A stretch of 64,000 nucleotides of DNA from Devosiaceae bacterium. Lineage in GTDB: Bacteria > Pseudomonadota > Alphaproteobacteria > Rhizobiales > Devosiaceae. Shown here piece by piece: positions 28,741-38,800 of this stretch (its first letter is position 1; each line of letters starts with the position of its first letter). The DNA lies in contig CAXXWD010000008.1 of NCBI GenBank assembly GCA_963667595.2, positions 76,237-140,236 on the forward strand, written 5' to 3'. The notes under the pieces are model-generated. The model saw nothing but the letters and a program-made list of their open reading frames with translations, made no database searches and was not told where the DNA came from. Made by a program: the position numbers and the translations under genes.

Positions 28741-29724
28741 ATGATGAACCAGACTGCCTCCTCTTCCCCTTTGGGCCTGCGTTTTCGCGGTGACGACGTT
28801 TTGCGCGCGACCATCTACATGATCGCCGCCCAGGTCATTTTTGCCCTGGTCAATTTCCTCTACGACGTTTTGACCAATCCCTGGAATCCGTTACTCGCCG
28901 GTCACAACATGACCTCCGCCTCGGCGGTGTTCTGGCAATACCTGATCGCTACCATCTTCGCGGTGCCCCTGATCTTCCGGATCGGGCTCAACAAGCTCAG
29001 GACCCGCCATCCTGTCCTGCACGAGGTGCGGGCGCTCGTTTCCGCGCTCGGCGCGCAGGTTTTCGTCTTCGGTTTCGCCACGGGCGTGCCGGTCTGGCAG
29101 ATGGCCGGCCTGTTGATGACCGGGCCGTTCTTCGTCATTGCCGGTTCGGTGCTGTTTCTCGGTGAAAGGCTCACCCCGACCCGGATCGGGGTCACGCTGA
29201 TTGCCTTCGTCGGCGCGGTGCTGATCGTCGGCGTCGGTTCGGAAAGCTTCACCTGGGGCTCGCTCCTGCCGGTCGTGGCCGCAGCCCTATGGTCGACGAC
29301 GACCGTCATCGGCAAGTACTTGAGCCGCGAAGAGGAACCGGAATCCCTGACCCTCTATCTGGTGCTGCTCATCAGCGTCAACCATGCCCTGATCGGACTG
29401 ATTCTGGCCGGGCTCGTCTTCACCCTGCCCGCCGGCGCCCTGCCCGCAAGCCTCACCTCCGGGTGGGATTTCGGCTTCCCCATCGGACCGGCAAGCCTGT
29501 GGCTCATTGCCCTCGGTCTGGTGACGGCCCTCGCGCAATATCTGTTGTGGAGCGCCTACAAGCTGGCCGACGCGACCTACCTGCAGCCCTTCGACGACCT
29601 GAGACTGCCCTTCAACCTGTTGATCGGCTGGGTGCTTCTGGCCCAGGTGCCGGGCATCTGGTTCTGGCCGGGCGCGGCGCTGATCGTCTGTGCCTCGCTC
29701 TTCATCGCCTGGAAGGAAGGGTAA
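28741..29724 (+). CDS. DMT (EamA) family transporter, RibN/ImpX-like candidate riboflavin importer
   Basis: 327 aa from the ATG at 28741, preceded by GAGAAAGGA. About ten TM helices, in two EamA-like halves. It lies immediately downstream of the FMN riboswitch. Confidence 0.7.
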   Translation: MMNQTASSSPLGLRFRGDDVLRATIYMIAAQVIFALVNFLYDVLTNPWNPLLAGHNMTSASAVFWQYLIATIFAVPLIFRIGLNKLRTRHPVLHEVRALVSALGAQVFVFGFATGVPVWQMAGLLMTGPFFVIAGSVLFLGERLTPTRIGVTLIAFVGAVLIVGVGSESFTWGSLLPVVAAALWSTTTVIGKYLSREEEPESLTLYLVLLISVNHALIGLILAGLVFTLPAGALPASLTSGWDFGFPIGPASLWLIALGLVTALAQYLLWSAYKLADATYLQPFDDLRLPFNLLIGWVLLAQVPGIWFWPGAALIVCASLFIAWKEG

Positions 29725-29740
29725 GGGGACACCCGCCCGA

Positions 29741-30017
29741 GAGTCGCCCCGGGACGTGATCCCGGGGTCCACTCGCGGCGCAACCTTCATCGATATTGAT
29801 TGTTCTGCTGATCCGCCGGCCAAAGGCACGTCTTGCAGAACCAGAGCGGCGCGCGTTCAGATAGACTCACTTCGCCGCTCTATCTTTTTGTGGTCGCATC
29901 GTTTTTGCGCAAAACCGGTATCCACTTTTGCGCACGATGCTCCAAGGTTCGCATCAAAGGCGCTTGTGGAAACAGGCAGATGCGAGTGGGTCCCGGGATC
30001 ACGTCCCGGGACGAGTC
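29741..30017. repeat. Composite element: 36-nt inverted repeats flanking a RIME-like repeat copy
   Basis: IR-L (29741-29776) is GAGTCGCCCCGGGACGTGATCCCGGGGTCCACTCGC. IR-R (29982-30017) is its imperfect reverse complement. Each IR contains the palindrome CCCGGGA-N-TCCCGGG. The interior (29841-29945) holds a minus-orientation copy of the two-hairpin repeat. Confidence 0.8.
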
Positions 30018-30040
30018 CGTGGGTGTGGGAAAGGTCGTGG

Positions 30041-31183
30041 CTATCGCGGCAGCAGATAGGCCCCCTGCGGCACCGGATCGTCGAAGGACTTGAGGCTCGT
30101 CGCCAACGCCTCCTCGACCAGGTGCTCGACGAGTTCGGGAAAGAGCAGCGGCTCGTCCGCCTGTTCCCAGAGGAAATAACCATAGGAGCCGGGAATCGGG
30201 TTGACCTCGTTGAAAAAGATCTCGCCCGTTTCGTCGTTGCACAGGAAATCGAGCCGCGGCGCACCGCGACGTCCGAAGGCCTCGAAAACCTTGATGGCGT
30301 TTTCCTCGATCAGCGGCCGGCGATTGCCCGCCATGTCCGGCTGGATGTCGCGGGTCAGCGACAGCATGCCCTGAGATGGCAGCGAGGTGCCCTTGGCGCC
30401 ACCGCCACCCTTGAGGTATTTTTCCTTGAAATCAAGCAGTTCGCTCGACGGCTTCGGCCGCTCGATGGCCGATAGCTTGATGGCGCCGTTATCGTTCCGC
30501 AAGGCGACATTATATTCCACCAGATGCGGCACGCGCGGCTCGACCATGGCCAGACTGTCCTTGGTCAGGACCATGGCGCAAAGCCCGAGCACCTCGTCTT
30601 CCGTCTTGGCAATGCCGACGCCGATGCTCGATCCGAGATTGACCGGCTTGACGATGGCCGGCAGGCCGATCTTGTCTTTGACCTCGGCGAGAAGCCCGTC
30701 CCTGTCCATCAGCCGATCATGATCGACGACGACCTGCGGCAAAACCGGCACGCCGGCCCTGGCGGCGGTGATCTTGGTCAGGTCCTTGCGCATGGCGACG
30801 GCCGAATGGGTGGCCGAAAAGCCGGTCACCGGAATGCCGATCCATTCGAGCAGCCCGTGAATGCGCCCATCCTCGCCATAGCGGCCATGGAAAACCGGAA
30901 CGGCGCAGTCGATGGGAATGGGGTCGCCCTTGACCGGCCTGATCTCGCCGCCGCGTTCGCCCCAGCCGAAGGTGATTTCGGTCACGCCCGAAGGCTTGGG
31001 GTGATAGGTCGAGACGTTTCTAAGATTGGGACCGATGAAGAAGCGATTCTCGAAATCGACATAGACGGGAATGAGATCGTAAAGCGCCGGGTCGACCGCA
31101 TCCATGAATTGCTGGGCCGTGACCACGGAGACATCGTGCTCCGGTGAGCTGGCTCCGAACAGAACGGCGATTTTCTTCGGCAT
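30041..31183 (-). CDS. D-alanine--D-alanine ligase family (ATP-grasp) protein, paralogue outside dcw
   Basis: 380 aa from the ATG at 31183. MPKKIAVLFGASSPEHDVSVVT, PVFHGRYGEDGRIHGLLE, IVKPVNLGSSIGV and FFNEVNPIPG are all Ddl-type motifs. The 675-aa ORF extension is antisense to the hydrolase gene. Confidence 0.8.
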   Translation of the reverse strand: MPKKIAVLFGASSPEHDVSVVTAQQFMDAVDPALYDLIPVYVDFENRFFIGPNLRNVSTYHPKPSGVTEITFGWGERGGEIRPVKGDPIPIDCAVPVFHGRYGEDGRIHGLLEWIGIPVTGFSATHSAVAMRKDLTKITAARAGVPVLPQVVVDHDRLMDRDGLLAEVKDKIGLPAIVKPVNLGSSIGVGIAKTEDEVLGLCAMVLTKDSLAMVEPRVPHLVEYNVALRNDNGAIKLSAIERPKPSSELLDFKEKYLKGGGGAKGTSLPSQGMLSLTRDIQPDMAGNRRPLIEENAIKVFEAFGRRGAPRLDFLCNDETGEIFFNEVNPIPGSYGYFLWEQADEPLLFPELVEHLVEEALATSLKSFDDPVPQGAYLLPR

Positions 31184-31366
31184 CGGACGTTTCCACCTTT
31201 TTTCTGCCGCTGGTTTGGCAAATGCTTGCGGCGTTCCTGTGGCTTGCCTGAGCCTTGCATGATAAAGGCGACCTGGCCGGGCTGCCATAGCACGAACCCG
31301 AAATCCACGAACGGGATTTTCGTCAAAAAGGGCATGGTCAACCAGGCAGGTGAATCGAGGTTTCGC

Positions 31367-32116
31367 ATGCATTTCATCGAGATCGGACAGGGTGACGCAC
31401 CACGCGTCGTTTTCGCCCATGGCTGGGGGCGATCGCATCACGATTTCATCCCGGCGGCGGAAGCCCTGAGCGGAACGGCCCGATCCATCCTCCTCGATCT
31501 GCCGGGTTTCGGAGAAACGCCCCGTCCCAAAGAGGCCTGGGACACGCGCCAATATGCCGATCACATCGCCGATTTCCTTGACGAAAAGGGCCTCGGACCT
31601 GTCGTCTTCGTCGGCCATTCCTTCGGCGCCCGCGTCGGGCTCAGATTGGCCCGCCATCACCCCGAACGCCTTGCCGGACTCGTCGTCGTCGCGGGTGCCG
31701 GCATTCCGCGCCAGCGCGTTTTCTGGGATCGGGTCAAAACTGACGTCAGGCAAAGACAGTTTCGTCTCTACCGCTTCTTCGCCGGCGCCAACGAAGCCCG
31801 GCGCGACGTGCTCGAAAAGCGCTTTGGCAGCCCCGATTATGTGGCAAGCAAGAAGCTCGGCATCCGCGACATTTTCCTCAAGACCATCACCGAGGATCAA
31901 AGCCCCGACCTTCACGGGATCGCGGTGCGCACCGAACTGCTCTACGGCGCGAATGACGCCGAAACGCCGGTCGAAATCGGCAAACGCATGGAAGCGCTCA
32001 TTCCCGATGCACGGCTGACGGTCCTGCCCGATCTCGACCATTTCTCCATTCTGTTCCGCGGCCATCACATCATCGCGTCGCGGGCGAAATCCCTGCTGCC
32101 GGAGGCGACATCATGA
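31367..32116 (+). CDS. Alpha/beta hydrolase fold protein
   Basis: 249 aa from the ATG at 31367, preceded by GAGG. HGWG oxyanion region, nucleophile elbow GHSFGA, and a C-terminal DHF histidine. Confidence 0.8.
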   Translation: MHFIEIGQGDAPRVVFAHGWGRSHHDFIPAAEALSGTARSILLDLPGFGETPRPKEAWDTRQYADHIADFLDEKGLGPVVFVGHSFGARVGLRLARHHPERLAGLVVVAGAGIPRQRVFWDRVKTDVRQRQFRLYRFFAGANEARRDVLEKRFGSPDYVASKKLGIRDIFLKTITEDQSPDLHGIAVRTELLYGANDAETPVEIGKRMEALIPDARLTVLPDLDHFSILFRGHHIIASRAKSLLPEATS

Positions 32117-33696
32117 TGGCGATTGTGGCGCTCGCCCTGTTCTTTCTGGCTCTTCTTTATTTCGGCTTCGTGCGGATGCGGACCCTTCTGGCCTATTTCC
32201 AGCAGGAGGAATACGACCCGGCCCGGTTCTTGATCGCCTGGCGCACCATCCGCCTTTTCGACGTCATGGCCAGCGTTGCGCTCATCATCGGCTTCGTTCT
32301 GGTGTTCCTGAACATCTGGCCGTCCGGCGCCATGGTGCTGATGGCGCTGGTGCTCGCGCTGATCGCCGAACGCGAACGCGGCTACACTTTCAAGAAATCC
32401 CTCACCATGACGCCGCGCGCCACGCGCCTCTTCCGGCTAGCCCTCGGCCTGGCCGGCCTCGTTTCGCTCATCGTGCTGATCTGGCCCGTCACCTCCATTC
32501 TGGTCATCCAGGCGCTGCCAATCGAATTAGTTATTGCTAATGCGATTCTCAAACCCGGCGAAGACCGGCGCAATCAGGCCTATATCGACGAGGCGTCCGA
32601 AAAGCTCGCGGCATTCAAAGGCATTCGCATCGGCGTGACCGGCTCGTTCGGCAAGACCAGCGTCAAGCACATTCTCGGGCAATTGCTCACCCTCGACGCC
32701 CCGGTTTTCTACAGCCGTGGCTCGATCAATACCGTGCTCGGCCTGACCCGCCACATCCGCCAGCGGCTGCAACCGGCACATAAATACTTCATCGCCGAAA
32801 TGGGCGCCTATCAAAAAGGGTCGATCGCGAAACTGGCAGATTTCGTCAAGCCCGGGATCGGCATCATCACCGCCGTCGGCGAAGCCCATCTCGAACGGTT
32901 CGGCACACTGGCCGATACCGCCATGGCCAAGGCCGAACTGGCCGATTACGTGTGCGCCCATGGCAGGCTGGTCGTGGTCACCGAGGCGGTCGCCGCGCTT
33001 GAACCGTTCGCCAGACTGCGCGCGGCGCATCCCGACAAATTCGTTATCTGCGGCGCCGGCGACTCCTGCGACGTGCGGCTTGTTTCGTCCGAACTGACCG
33101 AGGCGGGCCGCAAGCTTTCCATCGCGCTCGGCGACAAGCGGATCGAACTCGTTTCGCCGCTTCTGGGGGCCTATAACGATCTCAATATCTGCCTGTGTCT
33201 GGCCGTCATCGATGCGGTGGCGCCGGACATTCTGCCCTTCGTTCCGGCGGCGGCGGCCGAACTGGAACAGGTGCCGCACCGACTTGAAAAGCGGGAAAGC
33301 GTCACCGGCCCCCTGGTTCTCGACGACGCCTACAATGCCAACGAAGCCGGCATGCGCGAAGCGCTCGCGGTCGCCCGCGCCCTGGCCGACCAGCGCGGCG
33401 GCAGAGCGGTGATCGTCACCCCCGGTATCGTCGAACTGGGCGCGCGGCACGCCGAAGTCCACGCGGAGCTTGGCACCCTTGCTGGCGCAACCTCGGACAT
33501 CGTCCACATCGTCAATCCCGACCGTATCAGGAGTTTCGTCAGGGGAGCACAGGCGGCCAAGCACGCCAGGGTCGCGACCCATGCCAGCCTCGTTGCGGCG
33601 CGCAAGGCCCTGGCCGAAGATTCGCTCGACACGAAAGATGTGATTCTTTATGCCAATGACCTGCCGGATGTGCTTGAAGAAAAACGAATTCTTTAG
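32113..33696 (+). CDS. Membrane-anchored Mur ligase family protein (MurF-like central and C-terminal domains)
   Basis: 527 aa. The first ~150 aa are 4-5 hydrophobic helices. Then come the P-loop GVTGSFGKTS, EMGAY..G and the MurF-type DDAYNAN. The start overlaps the hydrolase stop (ATGA). Confidence 0.8.
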   Translation: MMAIVALALFFLALLYFGFVRMRTLLAYFQQEEYDPARFLIAWRTIRLFDVMASVALIIGFVLVFLNIWPSGAMVLMALVLALIAERERGYTFKKSLTMTPRATRLFRLALGLAGLVSLIVLIWPVTSILVIQALPIELVIANAILKPGEDRRNQAYIDEASEKLAAFKGIRIGVTGSFGKTSVKHILGQLLTLDAPVFYSRGSINTVLGLTRHIRQRLQPAHKYFIAEMGAYQKGSIAKLADFVKPGIGIITAVGEAHLERFGTLADTAMAKAELADYVCAHGRLVVVTEAVAALEPFARLRAAHPDKFVICGAGDSCDVRLVSSELTEAGRKLSIALGDKRIELVSPLLGAYNDLNICLCLAVIDAVAPDILPFVPAAAAELEQVPHRLEKRESVTGPLVLDDAYNANEAGMREALAVARALADQRGGRAVIVTPGIVELGARHAEVHAELGTLAGATSDIVHIVNPDRIRSFVRGAQAAKHARVATHASLVAARKALAEDSLDTKDVILYANDLPDVLEEKRIL

Positions 33697-34245
33697 GCTT
33701 TCTCAACCAATGCCGCGCATCACGGAGATCAAGCTGCAACCGTCATAAGTTCATCCAGTTTGTGAGGGACAATAGGCGGCACATGCCGTCGGGCGATGCA
33801 GCCGGAAAGGTTCCTGTTCGATCGTCTCAGGCGAAAAGCAGACATCTCAATGCCTTGTTGCGGATAGGACCTGCGAAACGACATTTGCCGGACCGACATG
33901 ATTGCGGTTCGGGTCTCGACCTGATTAATTGGACGAGAGGACTCAGTTTGAAATGATTGTGCGGCGACCGGAAATGGCCCATTCCGAGTCTGACAGGATC
34001 GAGTGCGGCAAGTCGAACCGCCTTTGTCGATTCTTCTCACGCCGCCGTACTGCCTGTGCCAGGAAGTCGCACGGGCTCTTCCGAAAGAGGCTTCGGCCAA
34101 CCTCTTGTTCTCAAAAGCGTCTGGAAAGCGGCCCTGCGCGCGATTTCTATATTCAGGTTTTCGCATGTCATGACCCAGATCATGGCAGCGCGACTCTGGT
34201 TCAGCATTTTAGCCGCGACATGAAGAAGCAAAGGCGAAACAGCCA

Positions 34246-35886
34246 ATGAGCACAAGACTTCGGGATTTCACCCCCGCAATCGATCTCACGGAGACGCGCG
34301 GGACCGGCCCGGTGCGTCACAAGAGACCGGTCTATGTCGAACTTACGCCCCCTTGCAGCAATGCCTGCCCGGCTGGCGAAAACATCAGAGGATGGCTGTC
34401 TTTTGCCCAGGCTGGTCGATTCCGCGAGGCGTGGGAAACGCTGACCGCAGAAAACCCGATGCCGGCCATTCACGGGCGCGTGTGCTACCACCCGTGCGAG
34501 GGTAGCTGTAACCGCAAGGATGTCGACAGCGCCGTCACCATTCACGCCGTCGAACGGTTCCTCGGCGACCTCGCCCAGGCCGAAGGCTGGGGCTTCAAGG
34601 CCATCAAGGAGCCGAGCGGCAAGAAGGTGCTGGTGATCGGCGCCGGTCCGTCCGGTCTTTCCGCCGCTTACCACCTCACCCGTCTCGGCCATCAGGTCGA
34701 GATTCACGAGGCTGGTCCGATCGCCGGCGGCATGATCCATTTCGGCATCCCCGCCTACCGCATGCCGCGCGACGTTCTCGCCCGCGAAATCAAGCGGATC
34801 GAGGATTTCGGCGTCAAGATCGTCCTCAACCACAAGGTTACCGACCTTATGGCGGAAAAAGAGGCCGGCGGATTTGATGCCGTGTTCGTCGCCATTGGCG
34901 CCGGCGCCGGCAAACACGTAGACATTCCCGCACGTGACGCTGCCCGCGTACTCGACGCGGTCAACGTTCTTCACGAGACCAGCGCTGGTGACCCGCCGCT
35001 CCTTGGACGGCGGGTCATTGTTTATGGGGGTGGCAACACCGCCATGGACGCCGCCCGTACGGCCAAACGCCTCGGCGCCACCGAGACGGTCATCGTCTAC
35101 CGCCGCGACCGCGAGCACATGCCCGCCCACTCCTTCGAAGCCGACGAGGCCATCGAAGAGGGCGTGAAGATCAAGTGGCTGACCACCATCAAGGAAATCC
35201 AGGGTACCGAACTGACCGTGGAACGCATGGTGATCGACGAGCACGGCAAGCCGCAGCCGACCGGTGAATTCGACACCCTTTCGGCCGACTCCGTGGTTCT
35301 GGCGCTCGGCCAGGAAACCCAGAGCGAGTTCCTCAAGCAGGTGCCCGGTCTCAACTTCTCGTGGAACGGCACCGTCGAGGTTGGCCCGAACATGATGACG
35401 GGAGCCGAAGGCGTGTTCGCCGGCGGCGACATGACCCCTGGCGACCAGTCGGTGACCATCGCCACCGGCCACGGCAAGAAGGCGGCCCGCTCGATCGACG
35501 CATATCTGAGGGGCACGGACTACACGGCACCGGAAAAGGCGCCGATCGTTTCCTTCGACATGCTGCATCTGCCGGTCTATTCGGACGCCGATCCGCGCCA
35601 GCAGAAGATGATCGAATCCGCCAAGCGCATCGCCGGCTTCGACGAGATCATCGCCGGCCTGACGTCTGAGGAAGCAAAATACGAAGCGCAGCGCTGCTAT
35701 TCCTGCGGCGACTGCTACGAATGCGACAACTGCTATGCGTCCTGCCCGGAAAACGCCATCACCAAGCTTGGCCCCGGACGCGGATATGCCGTCGATTATG
35801 ATAAGTGTACCGGCTGCGCGACCTGCTATTACCAGTGCCCGTGCCATGCCATCGAAATGATCCCGGAGACTACGTCCAATGGCTGA
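34246..35886 (+). CDS. GltD-like NAD(P)H-dependent flavoprotein with C-terminal 2x[4Fe-4S] ferredoxin domain
   Basis: 546 aa. N-terminal Cys clusters (CSNACPAGE, CYHPCEGSC), dinucleotide folds VLVIGAGPSGLSAA and VIVYGGGNTAMD, and C-terminal CYSCGDCYECDNCYASCP / CTGCATCYYQCP. Confidence 0.85.
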   Translation: MSTRLRDFTPAIDLTETRGTGPVRHKRPVYVELTPPCSNACPAGENIRGWLSFAQAGRFREAWETLTAENPMPAIHGRVCYHPCEGSCNRKDVDSAVTIHAVERFLGDLAQAEGWGFKAIKEPSGKKVLVIGAGPSGLSAAYHLTRLGHQVEIHEAGPIAGGMIHFGIPAYRMPRDVLAREIKRIEDFGVKIVLNHKVTDLMAEKEAGGFDAVFVAIGAGAGKHVDIPARDAARVLDAVNVLHETSAGDPPLLGRRVIVYGGGNTAMDAARTAKRLGATETVIVYRRDREHMPAHSFEADEAIEEGVKIKWLTTIKEIQGTELTVERMVIDEHGKPQPTGEFDTLSADSVVLALGQETQSEFLKQVPGLNFSWNGTVEVGPNMMTGAEGVFAGGDMTPGDQSVTIATGHGKKAARSIDAYLRGTDYTAPEKAPIVSFDMLHLPVYSDADPRQQKMIESAKRIAGFDEIIAGLTSEEAKYEAQRCYSCGDCYECDNCYASCPENAITKLGPGRGYAVDYDKCTGCATCYYQCPCHAIEMIPETTSNG

Positions 35887-38800
35887 AAATCAAGCCACAA
35901 AGGCCACAATGGATGGCAACACCGCCGTTGCCTATATCGCCTACAGGGTCAACGAGGTCTGCGCGATCTACCCGATCACGCCGTCCTCGCCCATGGCGGA
36001 ACTGGCGGATGAATGGGCCTCCGCCGGCACCAAGAACATCTGGGGCAACATCATGTCGATCCAGGAAATGCAGTCCGAGGGTGGCGCCGCCGGCGCCGTT
36101 CACGGCTCGCTGCAGGCTGGAGCGCTGACCACCACCTTCACGGCCTCCCAGGGCCTGATGCTGATGATCCCCAACATGTTCAAGATCGCCGGCGAACTGA
36201 CGTCGACGGTCTTCCACATCGCGGCCCGGTCGCTGGCGACCAACGCCCTTTCGATCTTCGGCGACCACGCCGACGTTATGGCGGCCCGCTCGACCGGTTT
36301 CGCCATGCTGGCCTCGAACTCGGTTCAGGAAGCCCACGACATGGCGCTGATCGCGCATGCCGCGACCCTTGAGTCGCGCGTGCCGTTCATGCACTTCTTC
36401 GACGGTTTTAGGACCTCGCACGAAGTCAACACGCTGGAACTGGTGCCGGAAACGGCGATCCGGGAAATGATCAACGACGATCTGGTGCTGGAGCACCGGT
36501 CGCGCGCGCTCAATCCGGAGCATCCGTTCATGCGCGGCACGGCGCAGAACCCGGACGTGTTCTTCCAGGGGCGTGAAGCCGCCAACAAGTACTACAACGC
36601 GACCCCGGGCATCGTCGAAAAGGCGATGGACAAGTTCGCGTCCCTGACCGGCCGCCACTACAAGCCGTTCGATTTCTATGGTGCCAAGGACGCCGAGCGC
36701 GTCGTGATCGCCATGGGTTCGGGCGCCGACGTGGTGCGCGACACCACCAACCACCTGGTCAAGGCCGGCGAAAAGGTCGGGACCGTCGTGGTCCGGCTCT
36801 ATCGTCCGTTCTCGATCGCGCATCTGCTCGCCGTCCTGCCCGAAAGCGTCAAATCGGTGGCCGTGCTCGACCGCTGCAAGGAACCGGGCGCAACCGGCGA
36901 ACCGCTCTATCTCGATGTCGTCGCCTCTCTCGCCGAGGGCGTAGCCACCGGCAAGCGCAAGTCCATGCCGCGCATCATCGGTGGTCGCTATGGCCTTTCC
37001 TCGAAGGATTTCGATCCCTCGCAGGTCAAGGCAGTCTTCGACGAACTCAAGAAGCCCGATCCGAAGAACAACTTCACCGTCGGCATCAATGACGACGTCA
37101 CCCATACCAGTCTCGAGGCCGATCCCAAGTTCGGCATCGAACTCGACGACGTGGTCAGGGCCGTGTTCTACGGTCTGGGTGCGGACGGAACCGTCGGCGC
37201 CAACAAGAACTCGGTGAAGATCATCGCCGAGGACGCGGATCGCTACGCCCAGGGCTATTTCGTCTACGACAGCCACAAGTCGGGCGCGCAGACGGTCTCG
37301 CACCTTCGGTTCGGTCCCGAGCCGATCGGGGCGCCCTATCTCATCCGCACCGCCAGCTTCGTGGCCTGCCATCAGTTCCACTTCCTGATGAAGACCGACG
37401 TTCTGAAACAGGCGGCGCCGGGCGCGACCTTCCTTTTGAACGCTCCGTTCGGGCCGGACGAGGTGTGGAACCACCTGCCGCGTTCCGTGCAGAAGGAAAT
37501 CATCGATAAAAAGCTCAAGTTCTACGTCATCGACGCCACTGCGGCGGCGCATGAAGTCGGGCTTGGCAACCGGACCAACACCATCCTGCAGACGTGCTTT
37601 TTCGCCCTGTCCGGCGTGCTGCCGCGCGATGCGGCGATCGAAAAGATCAAGCACGCCATCGAAAAGAGCTATTCGCGCAAGGGTCGCGCGGTCGTCGAGA
37701 AGAACTTCGCGGCGGTCGACGGTGCCCTGGAACGGCTGCACGAGGTCAAGGTTCCGGATGCGGTGACGTCCAATTTCGAGCGCCCGCCGCTGGTTCCGGA
37801 CGATGCGCCGGACTTCGTCAAGAAGGTCACGGCTCCGATGATGGAAGGCCTGGGGGACGACATCCCCGTGAGCCTTATCCCGGCCGACGGCACCTATCCC
37901 ACCGGCACTGCCGCCTGGGAAAAGCGCAACATCGCCGACGAAGTGCCGGTCTGGCGCGACGACCTGTGCATCCAGTGCGGTCAGTGCTCGTTCGTGTGTC
38001 CGCATGGCGTCATCCGCGCCAAGTATTTCGACAAGGCCGCCCTTGAGGGTGCCCCGTCGAGCTTCAAGTCGGCGCCGATCAACTCCCGCGGGTATCCGGA
38101 CGCCAGTTTCACCCTGCAATTCTATGTCGAGGACTGCACGGGCTGCGGTCTTTGCGTCGAGGCTTGCCCCGCGCAGAGCGCCGTGGAACCGGGCGTCAAG
38201 GCCCTCAACATGCAGGACAAGGCCGATCAGGTCGAACCCGGCCGGGCCAATATGGCGTTCTTCGAGAAGCTGCCGGTCAATGACCGTGCGCGGGTCGATT
38301 TCGCCAATGTCCGCGGCGTGCAGTTCCTGGAACCGCTGTTCGAGTTCTCCGGCGCCTGCGCCGGTTGCGGCGAAACGCCTTACGTCAAGCTTCTGTCGCA
38401 GCTCTTCGGCGACCGCCTGATGGTGGCCAACGCCACCGGTTGTTCCTCGATCTATTCGGGCAACCTGCCGGTGACGCCGTGGACCAAGAACAGCGAAGGA
38501 CGCGGTCCGGTGTGGTCGAACTCCCTGTTCGAGGACAATGCCGAATTCGGCCTCGGGTTCCGTCTCGCCGCCGACAAGCATCTGTCCATGGCCCAGGACC
38601 TGTTGAAATCGCTCGCCCCCAAGGTTGGTGAAGATCTGGTCAAGGCCATTCTCGAAGCCCCGCAGATCCACGAGTCCGAAATCCGCGCCCAGCGCGAACG
38701 GGTGGCGGCACTCAAGGTCAAGCTCCTGGCCCTCAAGGACGACAAGGCCGCCGGGCATCTGCTCTCGGTCGTCGACCAGTTGGTCAGGCGTTCGGTCTGG

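Noticed and set aside
31184-32068. N-terminal 295 aa of the 675-aa ORF 30041..32068.
   Set aside because: It is antisense to the alpha/beta hydrolase gene and has no motifs. The Ddl-family homology starts exactly at MPKKIAVLFG (ATG at 31183).
33697-34245. ORFs of 64-145 aa in the 550-bp region upstream of the PFOR operon, and a search there for a sigma-54 -24/-12 promoter.
   Set aside because: The ORF products are Arg/Cys/Ser-rich nonsense with poor codon bias. No GG-N10-GC element with correct spacing was found. The region is treated as a long leader or promoter.
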